The notes beneath the pieces were generated by a model. The model was given only the letters and a program-made list of their open reading frames with translations. It had not been told where the DNA came from and searched no databases. DNA of 64,000 nucleotides. Origin: Lingula anatina. Its lineage: Eukaryota; Animalia; Brachiopoda. This document shows, piece after piece, positions 51,067-64,000 of the stretch (its first letter is position 1; each line of letters starts with the position of its first letter). The stretch is taken from NCBI GenBank assembly GCA_051362555.1, contig CM120647.1, positions 13,430,651 through 13,494,650 of the forward strand, read 5' to 3'. Made by a program: the position numbers and the translations under genes.

Positions 51067-54000
51067 ACACGCTGTAATTTTTAAATATATTTTTTTAATT
51101 TAATCTTATTTTTTGACGTTTAAGGTCTACTGGGTCCTACTATTCGTGGAAATGTCGGCGAGGTCATGCGGATCAAATTTAGAAATATGGCCACTCGGCC
51201 CTACACCGTCCATCCCCACGGCGCCGCCTATGTGAAAAAACACGAAGGTATGCACATGTTTAAAGCCGCATTCAGATCAATGGACTAAACAATTTGAGTG
51301 TCAAAAATGGTGACCATTTATATATATGCTTGCCGGTTAATTCGCTAATAGGCATTAAATAGATTCCCCGTGTAGTGGGGACGTATACAAGAGGGTCGGC
51401 CATAATTGACCCTCGGATTAGTTATTACAGTGTTCTGAATGCAGCTTAAAACCGAAAAAGAGCTTCATCTTGTATAAATCCTTAGAATGCCCTTTTCTCG
51501 ATGACAAAAAGAGACCATGAAGAAGCAATAACAGTTAGAACGCTAAATAATTACACCATAACTTTCTCTTGCCGCAAAACACCAGTCGTACGTTATATGG
51601 CAAGCCAGCAATTATCAGAATTTAACCTATTGTACAATTTATGGTATATGATTTGTAAATTATATATATCCGTAACACTTGTATTCCATTTTAACAGAAC
51701 ATTTGAGGCTTCTTCATGTTCATAGTTAATTTTTAATTTTGATGTGAACTTACATACTTTTACAACTTGAACGTTTGGGTACCAATGATTTTGATAAAAG
51801 TTATTACTGCATTATTATTTAAACATTATTATTACCACTAGGGGCGCTGTATACGGACGGTACGTCAGGAGATGACAAACTGGACGACATGGTCAATCCA
51901 GGACAAACCATCACTCTGGACTGGCTGCTGTCTAAGGAGCATAGGGGCGCTCCTGCCACGGGGGATCCCAACTGTCTTCCCTGGACCTATCACGGTCACT
52001 TGAACCCCATTGCCGACGTGCAGTCGGGCCTCATGGGAATCTTGTTGATATGTAAAGAAGGTAACTGTCATTTGCCGGTAATCTGTACTTCTTTTTTCAC
52101 TTGTTCATAAAATGTACTTCTGTTTTGTATGGGGTTTTTGAGAGAGAGACAAAAAAAAAAACAAATTTAAAAAAAAAAAAATCTGATGGCGTTTTTATTC
52201 ATTTATCAATTTACTTTCATTCAAATATTTGTGAATGTTTGTCATGATTATTATGTAATGTCATATATTTTGGGAAATCATTTAAGGCACCTTGGACGAG
52301 GATAACGTACGGCGTGACGTGGACAAGGAGTTCATATTGCTATCACACATCATAGACGAGTCGATGAGCTGGTATTTCCAGGAGAATGTGGCCAGGCAAG
52401 TAAACAGCAATAAAACATCTGTATGAAAACTGTTAAAACTCACTTAGGGCCTTTACTTTTAAATTTCTGTATGTGGTTTGGCACAGTGCAGTGCGCAAGC
52501 TGATACTCGGTGTGTACACGTCACTAATTGACGTCATATATGACGTCACTTGTTATCACCTTCACATTATTTTTTTGTTCTTGTGTTTTATTTGCTACCT
52601 GTACATGGTTCCAACCTTTCTCAAACAGGGATGCCCGCGTTGCATGCCACGCGATGTGAAAACCTACAGTTGTTATATTCACTTTAGTCACATATTTCTC
52701 AGTATTCTTACTCATTTGCAGATTCGCACCTCATGCTGACCAGAATTCTCCATCGTTCGCCACCAAGTTCCACACTATAAACGGCTACATCTACGGGAAC
52801 GTCCCCGGCTTGGAGGCTTGCTCTGGTGACAAAGTGGCGTGGTACATGATAGGATTGGGCAACGAAGACGATCTTCACCCCCTGACTATCAACGGTCAGG
52901 TACTGGAGTATAATCATCACAGGTAAGGAAGGGGGCTAGGGAGTAGGTTCGAGGGGAGGGGGGTTGGGAGTGGTTTTTGCGGGTTCTCAAGATTCGAAAC
53001 ATCTGGGGGTGTTCTCTTGATTTCAACCATCTGAAATCATAAGAACACCCCCACCCCCAAACCCACAATCTTGGTGGCAGGTGGAAATCGTCACGGGAGA
53101 CAGTCTTCGAAGCCTCGTGGCCCTGACGATGGTGGTGGTGGTGGTGGTGGTTGGGGGGTGGGGGGGGGGGGCTTATTGTCTCAACACAACGCAAATCGAT
53201 CTTTGTTACCTTTACGAGTAATATAGCTGTATCGGTAGACTTCTCATTTAGTTTAATTATTTGCTTATCCTTTTTTGTTTCATTTACTTAAAATTTCACC
53301 TGTCGTACGTGTGTTCTTTTCGTCCGTTTTTATCGCTTCAGTATTCTTTCAAACTGTTGTATACAGGTCATGCACCTATACCATTGTATGAACTATAGCA
53401 TGTATACACTTTATAAAGATGTAAGTTTTCGTTATTTTCAGAACCGATGTAATTGCGCTGTTTGCCGCCAAATTTTCTGCAGCGTATATGACGGCGGGAG
53501 ATGTTGGAAAGTGGATTATCAAATGTCAAACGGCTGATCATCATTTTGGTAATCACGGCAACACACCATGTACATGCATATAAAAGTCGCTCTGGCATGC
53601 GTTTCGTATCTTATTATTGTCCAAATTAGCAACGGAAAAACACTTTTTTCATATCCACTTGGCTGTGTTACACAAGGTACAGAACCATTGTACGAGTATG
53701 CCTTGCAAAATAGAACCTTCAATCAGCCTAATAAGACTCTCTATCATGCCGTAGAACGTCGATTACCAAGTTGAGTTTTGGCTGAACACATCACGTTGGT
53801 CATTTCAGAGGGAGAGCAGGCCTTCCTTCACGTGAACCCCTCGTGTGGCAAAACCCCTCCTTACCATTCCCTGAATGGCCAGACCCGGACTTATTACATC
53901 GCAGCGGTGGAGAAGCGATGGAGTTACGACGGGGGTTCCGGGCTGAACGGATACGAACGTGGATTGGCTTTCCTGAATGATCCAAGCCAGTAAGGGAACG

Positions 54001-57000
54001 GTGCTCTGTATGCGTTATGATACACAATGGACATTAGAAGTGTCACCCCTACTGAACCAATACTTTAGGGGAGATAAATGACTGTGGAATGATATGCTCC
54101 TAGTATCATTTTATTAACATCAAATTTAACAACAAAAAAAATGTAGACAAGGCATTATAACTATTCAAGATCTGTCTAATTTATTTATTGATTACTAGAT
54201 ATTTATTTGATTAACCTGATTCAGAGGGTGAAAATTCTATTGTACATTGTGTGTAGAACAGATAGGGAGGCACATTCAGCGATTCTCCAGCAAATTTATA
54301 ATTTTTAAAATAAATATCACCGTAAATGAGTCAAATATACAGTATATCAAGTAGAAGGATGAAAATGTCCATTTTTTCTTCGAAATAACAATTTATAGCT
54401 CTTATTCTAACCTGTAAATCTTTATTAAACGACTTAAAAGTAACGTTACCTATGCACTGTTAAAGCAATATCCCCTCACAGTTGTGTTACGCTAACGAGA
54501 TAGGTTCACTGAAACCATTGAAAGGTCAACCTTAAAAAACCCACTTAAGCTGGCGTTGATCAACTTTTATCACATTTTTATGAATTTTTGAATTTTATTT
54601 TGTGTTATCGTTATTATTATTATTATTATTATAGGACCAAAAGCGACAGGAAGTCAGGGCAACAACTACTTGTACTATGTATAATACAAACATTAAGTTT
54701 AAATATGTTTGCAATTACAGAGAGTCCAGCAAATACTTTACACAAAATGCACACCGCACAGGCGGTACTTACTGGAAGATCTTATATGAAGAGCATACAG
54801 ACAGCACATTTACCACCGTAAAACCAAGACCACTGTCCAAACACCATTATGGTCTTCTTGGCCCCGAGATTGCTGCCCAGATAGGAGACACCATTAAGGT
54901 ATGGACTTTAGTACCGATGTTTGTTTGATAAAAAAAATCAGTAGTAGGCTGCTAGCAACGAGTCGACTGAGGCACGTACGTTTCGCAAATCATCTTTAAG
55001 TCTGCTTATCTCTTTTTCTTCGGGCTTATTGTTAAGTCTCTGGATAAAACGATCAAACTGTGTTGGTTGTGACAAAGAGTTTTACTCTTAGTAATGACAG
55101 TAAACCATTTGGTTGTGTCCAATACATTTACAGTCCTTCTGAAGAGCTCGAAGACTGTATATCAATGGTGACATTGTGTTCTTAAGCCCCAAACCAAAAA
55201 TTGTTTGTGAAACAGGTGCAAGGTATATTTATACCTTTGATCTCTCTGGATATGTGCATAAACATTTTAACTGTGATCAAGACTAGTGTCAGTATTTTCA
55301 AATCGTAATATCCAGATTAATTACCGGCAAAAATAAATAAATAAATAAATAAATAAACACAAAAAATCACATTAATTCTCACACCTTTCCTGCCGTGTAT
55401 ACAGGTAGTTTTCAGAAACCTTGCCCCCAGCTCGGGAAGACGATTTTCCATTCATCCACGTGGAGTGAAGTACGACAAACAAAACGAGGGAGAGGATTAC
55501 AATGATGGAACAGCAGGTGCGTTGTTGTTGTTGTTGTTTTTGAGTACTATTTGGACTACGCTATTAAAATAGTGAATTTTGCCTATGTCACATTTCAGCA
55601 AAATCCCAATGGGCCTTACAAATCAAAAGCGAAAAACTACCGATTGTTTATTTTTAAAAAAGTCTAAAGTCTGAATCTAAGGCACACTGACTACATGTAT
55701 AATCAATGTTTATTTAAAGGATAACTTTATCAATTACTACCGGTATTTGCTGTTTAAAATTGTAATTCTAAGACCCTATTCCCATAGATATTAGATCGAT
55801 TTATCCCTCTGGAGAGTCTCACTAGATTACTGTCAGCTTAACCGGCTTAAGCGTCTGTCCCGCCTACTAAAAGCTGTAAGTGGGTAATTAACTATGGTGC
55901 TCGCTTGACTGACTGCAATTTAGCGTGAACCCCCAAGGAGTTAGGTCGATCTAAATCTTAATCTCTGGATCGATCTAAATCTCTGGGAATGCACCCTAAA
56001 ATAATCTCAATTTCTTTATATGTTACTTGCAGTTTTTTATCAGTAGGCAATGTATTCCATAACTTTGGGATATTTTTAAAAGTCCCTTCACCATAGAATG
56101 TGCGTTTGCCCTTTACCCACAATGCTTGCTGATCTCTTGATGGTGTAGAAATTGTTCCTATGATAGTAAAGGTCAAGGTCACAAGAGAGTAGGTGTCAAC
56201 TCACCCCACTGACAGGGAAAAAAACTTCCAGTCTAAATGTTCAAATCATGGTATATTGGCAAGGAATATGAAGTTAACGGACCCAAAAATAATTTCTTTG
56301 GGACATTTGGGGTATTTATCTCTCCAAATATTTACACTCTCAAATATGGAATAGCATGTTCATTTCTAAGTAAATTTTCCAACCAGACCTTATGGACTAG
56401 AAAGAGATACTTGGATTTCTGTTTGAATGGTGAGTTTTTTTCTTAATTTTCATTCTAGACGGTGGAGTGGGCTATCAACAAACCCGCACCTACACGTGGA
56501 CCGTGCCTAATTCCTACGCACCTGAGCGCGCAGATTCAAAATGTATTACATATATGTATCACTCCGCCATTGACCCAGTTAGAGATGTGTTCTCAGGTTT
56601 GATTGGTCCTTTGGTTGTTTGCAGACAAGGAGAACTGGCAAGGGTAAGTGTTCTGACAGCAGAGGCCGTTTTTGTACAAACGGCAAGATCCACGTTTCGA
56701 TGCAAAAAAGATGCAGATAAGATACGTTTGTACCTAATATTATGTTCACGTAATTTAGAGACAAAGAACGGAACATATATGAGCATATGTCAAAATGCCT
56801 GTGCAGATTTTCTAATATTTGTATGTCGATTTCAGTTAATGATATGTTTTACCACTGCGCGATAACAAACATGCATTTTATAAAGAAAAAAAAACTTTTG
56901 AATTACCATACAGCGAGGCAATGAATTCACTCTGCTCTTCGCCAATTTCAACGAAAACCTGTCATGGCTACTAGACAAGAACGTCTTGGAGTTTGCCTCC

Positions 57001-57902
57001 CCTGCGGCTCCGAGCTCGCCCGGATTTGAAGAGTCAAATATCATGAGCAGTGAGTGTTTTCCACTACTGTTAAAAGTAAGGTCTTATTATAAATCACATT
57101 TCATATGAATACAGCCCGGAAAATTCGTTATAATGGTATTTACATTCTATCAATAAATTTAACAGGGTATGTAATGGTCTGTGTGCAGGTGATGTGGTTA
57201 AGCAACTTACTTAAAAGATTATACATTTTATCGATGATTTATTCATTAATACATCCACTTATCTTAGGAATCAGCCATCCACTTTATGTGCTTACCTTGA
57301 ATATACGACGAACCTTGAGGACTTCCTCTCCAACTTTTTGGTTATAATTTTGATAAATAAAAAGGAACCAAAAATCCTTTTTTTTCCTTATCTAGGCATC
57401 AACGGATACTCGTATGGCAACCTACCTAAACCAACTATGTGTTTAGGAGATGAAGTAACATGGCGTTTGCTTGCAATAGGAAACGTCATTGACATGCATA
57501 TCCCTACCTTCAGTGGCAACACGTTCACGAGATTTGACGGGAATACACGAGACTCCGTGTCCCTGTTTCCTGGAACTACAGAGACACTCACTATGACAAC
57601 CGTAAATAAAGGTAAATTGAAATGTTACTTGTAATTTAAAGTTCATTGTTTCAGACCTATTTTTATTTAAGTTTTAGTTAAGTTTTTTAAAATAAAATTC
57701 ATTAAAAACAATGAATAAGTTATTCAGGATGTAATTGTTGGGGTTAATGTTTGATATTGTTGCTGTCAAGGTACGAAAACAGCATACTATATATTCGACC
57801 CTTCAGTGACAATTTACTTTTCATCCACTTAGACGAGATTCCAATGAGCATTTTGTTTATTAGTAGGTAGATTCCCAATATGCCCCAGTTTTTCATTAAC
57901 TG

Positions 57903-57951
<49 letters not shown>

Positions 57952-59662
57952 GGTATATATTACCCTTGGTTTATGTAGGCACATGGAGTCTAATGGACGC
58001 AAGCGACGACAACAATGTGGCCGGAATGGTGGCGCTCTACAAGGTGGATCAGTGTAATTTTTTCTTTACTCCTCCTCTTGATAGCTCAGGGTCAGGTATG
58101 TTAAAGGCGTGTTTGGTATTATAGATTTAATATTTTACCAACTTCCGACTGTAATTTCAATTCTAACACAGTCATTTTTTAAACAAAACTCGATATATGT
58201 CTTGAACACCTGTCTCGCTGAAAGTCGAAGTGTTTTGGCATATATCGCTTGGGTGACAGTGTATTATCTCGTAGGCCTTACTTATCTCTCATATCCGGCA
58301 TATTTACATTGTGTTACAGGCATCACTCATACGTACTATATAGCTGCGGTTGAGAGAATGTGGGAGTTTGCGCCTTGGAAATTTGACCTGATTGTCGGAG
58401 GAAGTATTACAGACCCTTCCAAGTAAGTTGTTTGTCATAATAATGATGGTCATAGTACAAGTAATAGCAGTGATGGTAATGACAATTTAATTGTGGTAAG
58501 AATGATGATGACTTAATATCACTGTTGATGTGGACGATAGTGGCAATAATATTTATAATGGTAATAATGTTTTAACATAATTAAAATTACGTCAGTAATG
58601 ATAATGGTAATTATGATCTTGAGAAAAATAATATCAAAAATAATAGCGATATATTTTGTTCAGTCTTATTTTCATATGAACAGTGTCAGTTGATGATAAA
58701 TAATATATTTAATCTTTTTCGAAAGAATATACGCCCGTTCTAAATTACACTCGACAAGGCCAATTTTTTCTGTTGCTTTAACTGAAATTAAAAGGAGAAA
58801 AACTGAACTCTGAATTGTTCATATATTTAGTATGATGTACACGTTCGCTCGACCTGACTGGCCGTTCCTTGGTACCCGCTTTAAAAAAGCTCTCTACAGA
58901 GAGTTCACGGACGCCACCTTCACCATGGAAAATATTCGAAGTCCCGAGGAAGAACACCTGGGTATCATGGGGCCTTTCATAAAAGCAGAGGTCACAGATA
59001 CCATCAAGGTTCGTTTCTTCACAATTTTCTGTTGTTTCAATCTTTTGTATCTCATGAAATATATTTACTTTAAAAATACGAGAGACCTTGGAAACGCACT
59101 TTCACGGGTGTTTGTAATATTGTTCCTGTATTAAATCAGTAACTATATATATATACAGGTATTTTGCAAACGTTAAAGCAAAAGCAGAATGTTTTTAACA
59201 TTTGATAAGTAACATGAGGTTTACATGCAATTCATTAATTCTGTCTTCACTTCAAACATTGACGCTAAAAATACATACAAATGTTAGCCTAAGGATTTTC
59301 TTTTCTTCTTCCTGTTTTAGGTCGTATTTAAAAACATGGCGTCGCGCCCGTATTCAATTCACCCCAACCTTGTGATGTATTCCAAGACAGATGAAGGCCA
59401 CGCCTACAAAGATGGCGTCAATGAGGCAGCGGGGGTGCCACCTGGTGGAATAAAAACTTACACGTAAGCTTCATCACCCTGGTTTAACAAAAAGTTATGT
59501 CAATTCCCTGGCTTAGTTGACTAGGATTTCCATACGAGTGCTGCAACACTGTTCCTGATAGATTAAGGCGCGTGCAATTAACTATGTAACGTTGGTAATT
59601 ATGTTCTTAATCAGGGAAGCTGACTTATGTTTTTTTTCTCTGAAACGGTGGCCTGGTCTTAA

Positions 59663-59705
<43 letters not shown>

Positions 59706-61812
59706 ACAAAGTACTAGTAATTGCCAATGTTCTTTTAGATGGGAAGTACCGAAATCCTCTGGTCCTGGCAAAAACGACCCAAACTGCATCAGTTCTGCCT
59801 ACCGTTCTGCCGTTAACTTGGAGAAAGACTTTGCTTCTGGTTTGGTTGGACCTATGGCTATTTGTAAGAAAGGTAATTGCTTAAATGTTATTTATTTATT
59901 TATTTATCTATATGTTACCACTCAGGGATGAAACACGTAAAAATACAAATTAATCAGTGCTGGGGCAACAGGCACACACTTGGCTGTCATATAATTTCAA
60001 CCATTCCATCGGAGTGATCTTATTAAACGGTATACCGGGGTACATTTATTTAAAGGCAATAAGTCAAATTAAGGAAGGAAATAAGTGACTGAACATGCAA
60101 CTGGAATTTCCGGATATCACATTAACCGACCTTATTTGTGTGTCATAACAACAAGTATAGAAGACAGTATCCAGTGGCCGGTGGAATGCTATTTAATGGC
60201 GAGACTGTTGTGCTAAATCCAATCAAGATTTTGTTTTAATTTTGTCTCTAAATAAATTAACATTGCTACAGGTACACTTTCTGGTAACAAGCGTCGCGAT
60301 GTGGAGAAAGAAATCGCTACATTATGGACCATATTCGATGAGAACGATAGTTGGTATCTTGACGAAAATATCATGAGTCATCCACAGTATCCCGGTTATT
60401 TGCCAGACAAGACTGATGCAGAATTCCAAGAAAGCAACAGATTCCACGGTATGTAATTATATATTTGTTTTTTCTTTCTGTATTCCCCCCTTAATTTGAA
60501 TTTAATTAAAACCACTCCGTTTGTTAATTTGACTCAAATGCTTTCGAGAATTCTACAAATTCCATGGTAATAGTCAATCTCTTTATGGCATAAGTACTAC
60601 AAGAACCTGTAGGATTTTGGAACAATTTTCTATTTAGTCGTATAGGATTATGTATTCCATGAAGGAATTTTTTATTTATGACTAGTTACATGTAGTTCCT
60701 GGGAGATGGTGTTGATTTTGTAGCAAAGCTTTCTGATTCAACGTTGTCTTTACCTCATCGTAGTTATCAACGGACATATTACCGCCAAAGACTCAGGGTT
60801 TAACATGAAAGAATGCGACCTCGTGGCCTGGTATTTCATTAGCTTCGGGGGTCGCGCAGACATCCACACGGTGCACTTTCACGCGCAGTCGTATATCTGG
60901 AACACGGAGAGCGCGCACAGAGGGGATACCCTTGAGGTAATACTTCGTATATGTTTACATAAAATGACCAGTGCAACAAGGATGGTAGTCCGCCTATTCG
61001 ATCTGTGGCTCGTTTGTTATTAGATATTTTAGATATTCGGCCTTTATGCTGACCCAGCTGATACTGCAAACCTAGAATCACCTTACCACAAATAATGGTG
61101 CATATGTACGGTTTACCCATTTCCATTGGCGGTGTGTGCATGCATACTTTCAGTAGCGCTTGAAAGCCATGGCTGCATGACCGGAAATAGCAGTGCACAT
61201 ATCTAGACCAGAATGCAACACGCATAACGTGGCGCATGTGCATCGTTATCTGTGGAAAAGTGCGTGTTCTTATGCTTTATATGGGATCTCAGACGATCTT
61301 TCACAGGACTACCATTCACGTCACACCGTTTAAATTTCAAGTAAACGTAAAGAGGCCAGATTTGAACTTACTGTATTTTGGTCATTATCTTAATGTATAG
61401 GCCTTTGCTCAAAATTCCTTGAATAAAAAGGTTCAGTACTTTTCTTTCAATCCTCATCTACAATATCACATAATACATTGTACGAAGACGCGTCCATTTT
61501 CCAACTGAAATCATCTGGTACCGAAAAAAATGTAATTCTCGGTTATTACTTAAATCAAACAGTGAGATTAGAAATTATTAAAATTATTATTATTATTATT
61601 ATTATTATTAATCATAATTAAGGTGCTCTCCCATTTTACAGGTATTTCCCGGTATATTTGAAGTTGCCACAATGTTGGCAGACGACCCGGGCTTATGGTT
61701 GATGCACTGTCACGTGGACGACCACGTGGGCGCTGGCATGATTACTCAATTTTTTGTCGAGAAGTCAGCAGTTCCTGTGCAATGCTCAAGGGTGCATAAC
61801 GCGAATAAATAA
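46871..61812 (+). CDS. Ceruloplasmin/hephaestin-like multicopper oxidase copy 2 with N-terminal Pro/Thr-rich, Cys-loop extension; 26 coding exons, ~1323 aa
   Basis: N-terminal exons 46871-47321, 47754-47873, 48303-48413, 48838-48915, 49126-49158 (all end in phase 1). Oxidase exons 50006-50096, 50446-50570, 51125-51247, 51842-52060, 52287-52395, 52722-52922, 53442-53548, 53809-53989, 54721-54898, 55405-55516, 56459-56643, 56914-57049, 57396-57611, 57979-58095, 58320-58422, 58831-59008, 59321-59463, 59739-59872, 60272-60448, 60764-60936, 61642-61812. Each oxidase exon is identical in length to its copy-1 counterpart. The oxidase part is near-certain; the join to the N-terminal exons is inferred. 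Confidence 0.88.
50646..50922. mobile_element. CAGGGGCGGA...TCCGCCACTG non-autonomous DNA transposon
   Basis: Reverse-oriented homolog of 12208-12496. Confidence 0.75.
55769..55999. mobile_element. MITE, same family as 24474-24909 (reverse orientation)
   Basis: ctattcccatagatattagatcgat ... tagcgtgaacccccaaggagttaggtcgatcta ... gggaatgcaccctaa. Confidence 0.8.
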
Positions 61813-64000
61813 CAAGAGGTCAATAGGCTTGGGCTCTGAGTTTTAGCTTGGGAAATTTGTGTAAGATTTTAGATTAAAATTTGATTGAATTCAGTTAAGA
61901 TAATTCCATAGATATCAAATGAGAGTAGCGGGTAACTATGAAATATTTTAACAAGACTGTATAATACAACCGCTTGTGAGCAGAAACGAAGTGGCTGAAG
62001 AAGTGATTTTTTGTAAATAATAATCATATTTTTTACTTACTAAAATGTCTATCAATAAAATACTCATTTGGTTCACGGCCCTGAAGAAAATAGGCAGAGG
62101 CCAGTATATCTCTTTATAATTTAGGAACGAAACGATGGAATACTTGTATCCGTCTTTGTATGTTTATTTGAAGATTTAAAGGTTTGGATAAGCAATATTA
62201 TATAAGACGTTGGAGGATAAACGAGAAGTCTACTGGAAAAAATTGTAAAACATCAAGATGGCAAGAAATAGCAGTCTGTTGTATAGCTATACCTGTAAAC
62301 ATACCTCACCTCAGCCTTAGTAGCGTGTTTGAAAACAACGAAGCTTCGTCTTTTACAATTTTTGTTTTCATTTTAATTTCTAAATGAACGGTTTAGCAGA
62401 TCAAATACTCTCAGGTATACCAGGAATATCAGATGAAGCTGTCTTGGTGGATGTATTTTACCCTCGGCGAAGTCTCATTTTGGTACATATGTTAGCCGAT
62501 ACAGGAAACCGATATCGAGACTTATATTGATACCGAAAATTAAATATCCAAGACTTAACAAACTGATATTATAACTGAGATTATAACTTAGAACATGTTA
62601 TTCCGCGGACTAACAGATCCGTGAATCAAATATGACCGTCCCACTTGAAAGCGTGCTGCATAGTCTCCTGAGAGACCCTGAATAGATGTCTCGCTGGGAG
62701 GCGAGTTTTCGAGAGTGTCGGCCATATTTGATCTCAGATGTGTTAGTCAGCGGATCAACTTCTGTTGTGAATGCAGCCTAAGAAGTTCTTTAAGACTCAA
62801 ACAAATGGATGGCAAATATGAACATGATGTGCAACAGTCAGAGATGGTCTCAGCGGAGGTTTAATTGGCTAGGAATTTCAAAAAGTATTGTTTTTCCATA
62901 TTGTTTGTTTTGTAGGAATACCTCTATTGAATGCAAATAAATATTTATCTGTTACAAAGCAAAGAGAAGAAATATTTTCTTGGGGATACATGGATTAGAG
63001 ATGTTATTGGCAACTTATTTATTGGTCTCAGTTTATAATAGTGATTTCTTATCCGGTTTCATACATGTAGAACTAAGGTGAATCACCCTTCCTATCTGAA
63101 TAATCTTAAAGTATTCACCTGTTGCTTGTTTGGGGTTAGCTTGATTTATTCTTCCACGCATATCCCACCCGTAGGATATGCGCATATCTCAATAAAACGG
63201 AGAGAACATATGTTACATATTTGCATTGCATTTTTATTGAAATTGCCAAGAAGTTTCGAGATACATGACGTGTGTCTTGGTAAGCTGCCATTTCATACCT
63301 GACCTTAAGGTCACGAATAAACAAAACCCGCCGTTATGTGACCTAGAATGTCGACTCAATTGAGCGAGTCCATTATTTCAGTTGTTAACAACATGTTGTG
63401 CTATAGAGCGTTAGACCTTTGTAGCAAAATCCAATATACCTGGAAATTTTAACGCATTTCCTTTCGTTATAAAGGTATCAAAACCGTTGACAAATTATGA
63501 GTTATAAATTGGAGTTTTTAACATTTTTCCTAGTGTTGTGGCGTTTTCGAAACCGAGTCCTTAAAATTCACTTGAGAGTGGCTATGCCGGTTCTGGAATT
63601 TCGTATTTTGCCTTTGGGACCTGAAACCTGTATAATTATGTTTTATTCAGCGTGGGTTGCTGAAACGTCAAAACTGCCAACGATGATGCCACGTGATCAA
63701 GAGTCCGCTTGGTTTTGAGATGGTTCTTAAATCTACTGGTCGGTGACAGCTCACTTATTCGCACTTTGTCACGAGTCAGGTACTCATTGAGAAGGGTAGA
63801 TAGCGCAATTAAGACAGAACGCAGAAAAGACAGGCTCATCAACATATAGCCAGAAGTTTAGACCAAAAATAACTTTTTCGGTAAGTGTCCATTTTATAAA
63901 TTTGGTACATGGTTTCACGGTTTTCTACAAATTGTGCTCAGTCGGAAGGTTTGCATGTAAATTATGGGTTATTTGTTAGCAAAATTCAAGTTTTATCCAT

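Noticed and set aside
63636-63845. Minus-strand ORF ending ...SRFKNHLKT..., possibly a LINE remnant or an exon of a neighbouring gene
   Set aside because: Too short and degenerate to assign; no supporting motifs or splice context established.

Overview
AT-rich, intron-rich eukaryotic (invertebrate, plausibly molluscan; organism not determinable from sequence alone) genomic window. I reconstructed three multi-exon genes by hand using splice sites and exon phases. (1) Minus strand, ~315-14667, running off the left edge: a secreted mosaic protein with a signal peptide, an 'SHFRGxTISW...NSSP...DPxGDxVRCRW...YAVALxIEDF...PLSxVPLQ' N-terminal region, 7 EGF repeats, a PAN-like segment, Cys-rich modules resembling the PCSK9/resistin C-terminal fold, and a TSP1 repeat. 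(2) Plus strand, 21522-40554: a complete 22-exon, 1080-aa secreted ceruloplasmin/hephaestin-like six-domain multicopper oxidase. (3) Plus strand, 46871-61812: a tandem paralog whose 21 oxidase exons have identical lengths to those of gene 2. Its signal-peptide exon is replaced by five phase-1 exons encoding a ~264-aa signal + Pro/Thr/Ser-rich arm with five C-x3-P-x2-C loops; this is the most novel element seen. Both oxidases keep the trinuclear cluster and the domain-6 T1/iron site. Both also have Glu at the domain-2 T1 axial position, a dismantled domain-4 T1 site, and a shared GC-AG intron. Introns and intergenic DNA hold a truncated Rex1/Babar-like LINE, a decayed Tc1 transposon, several MITE families and microsatellites. 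Gene models are manual and have no transcript support.
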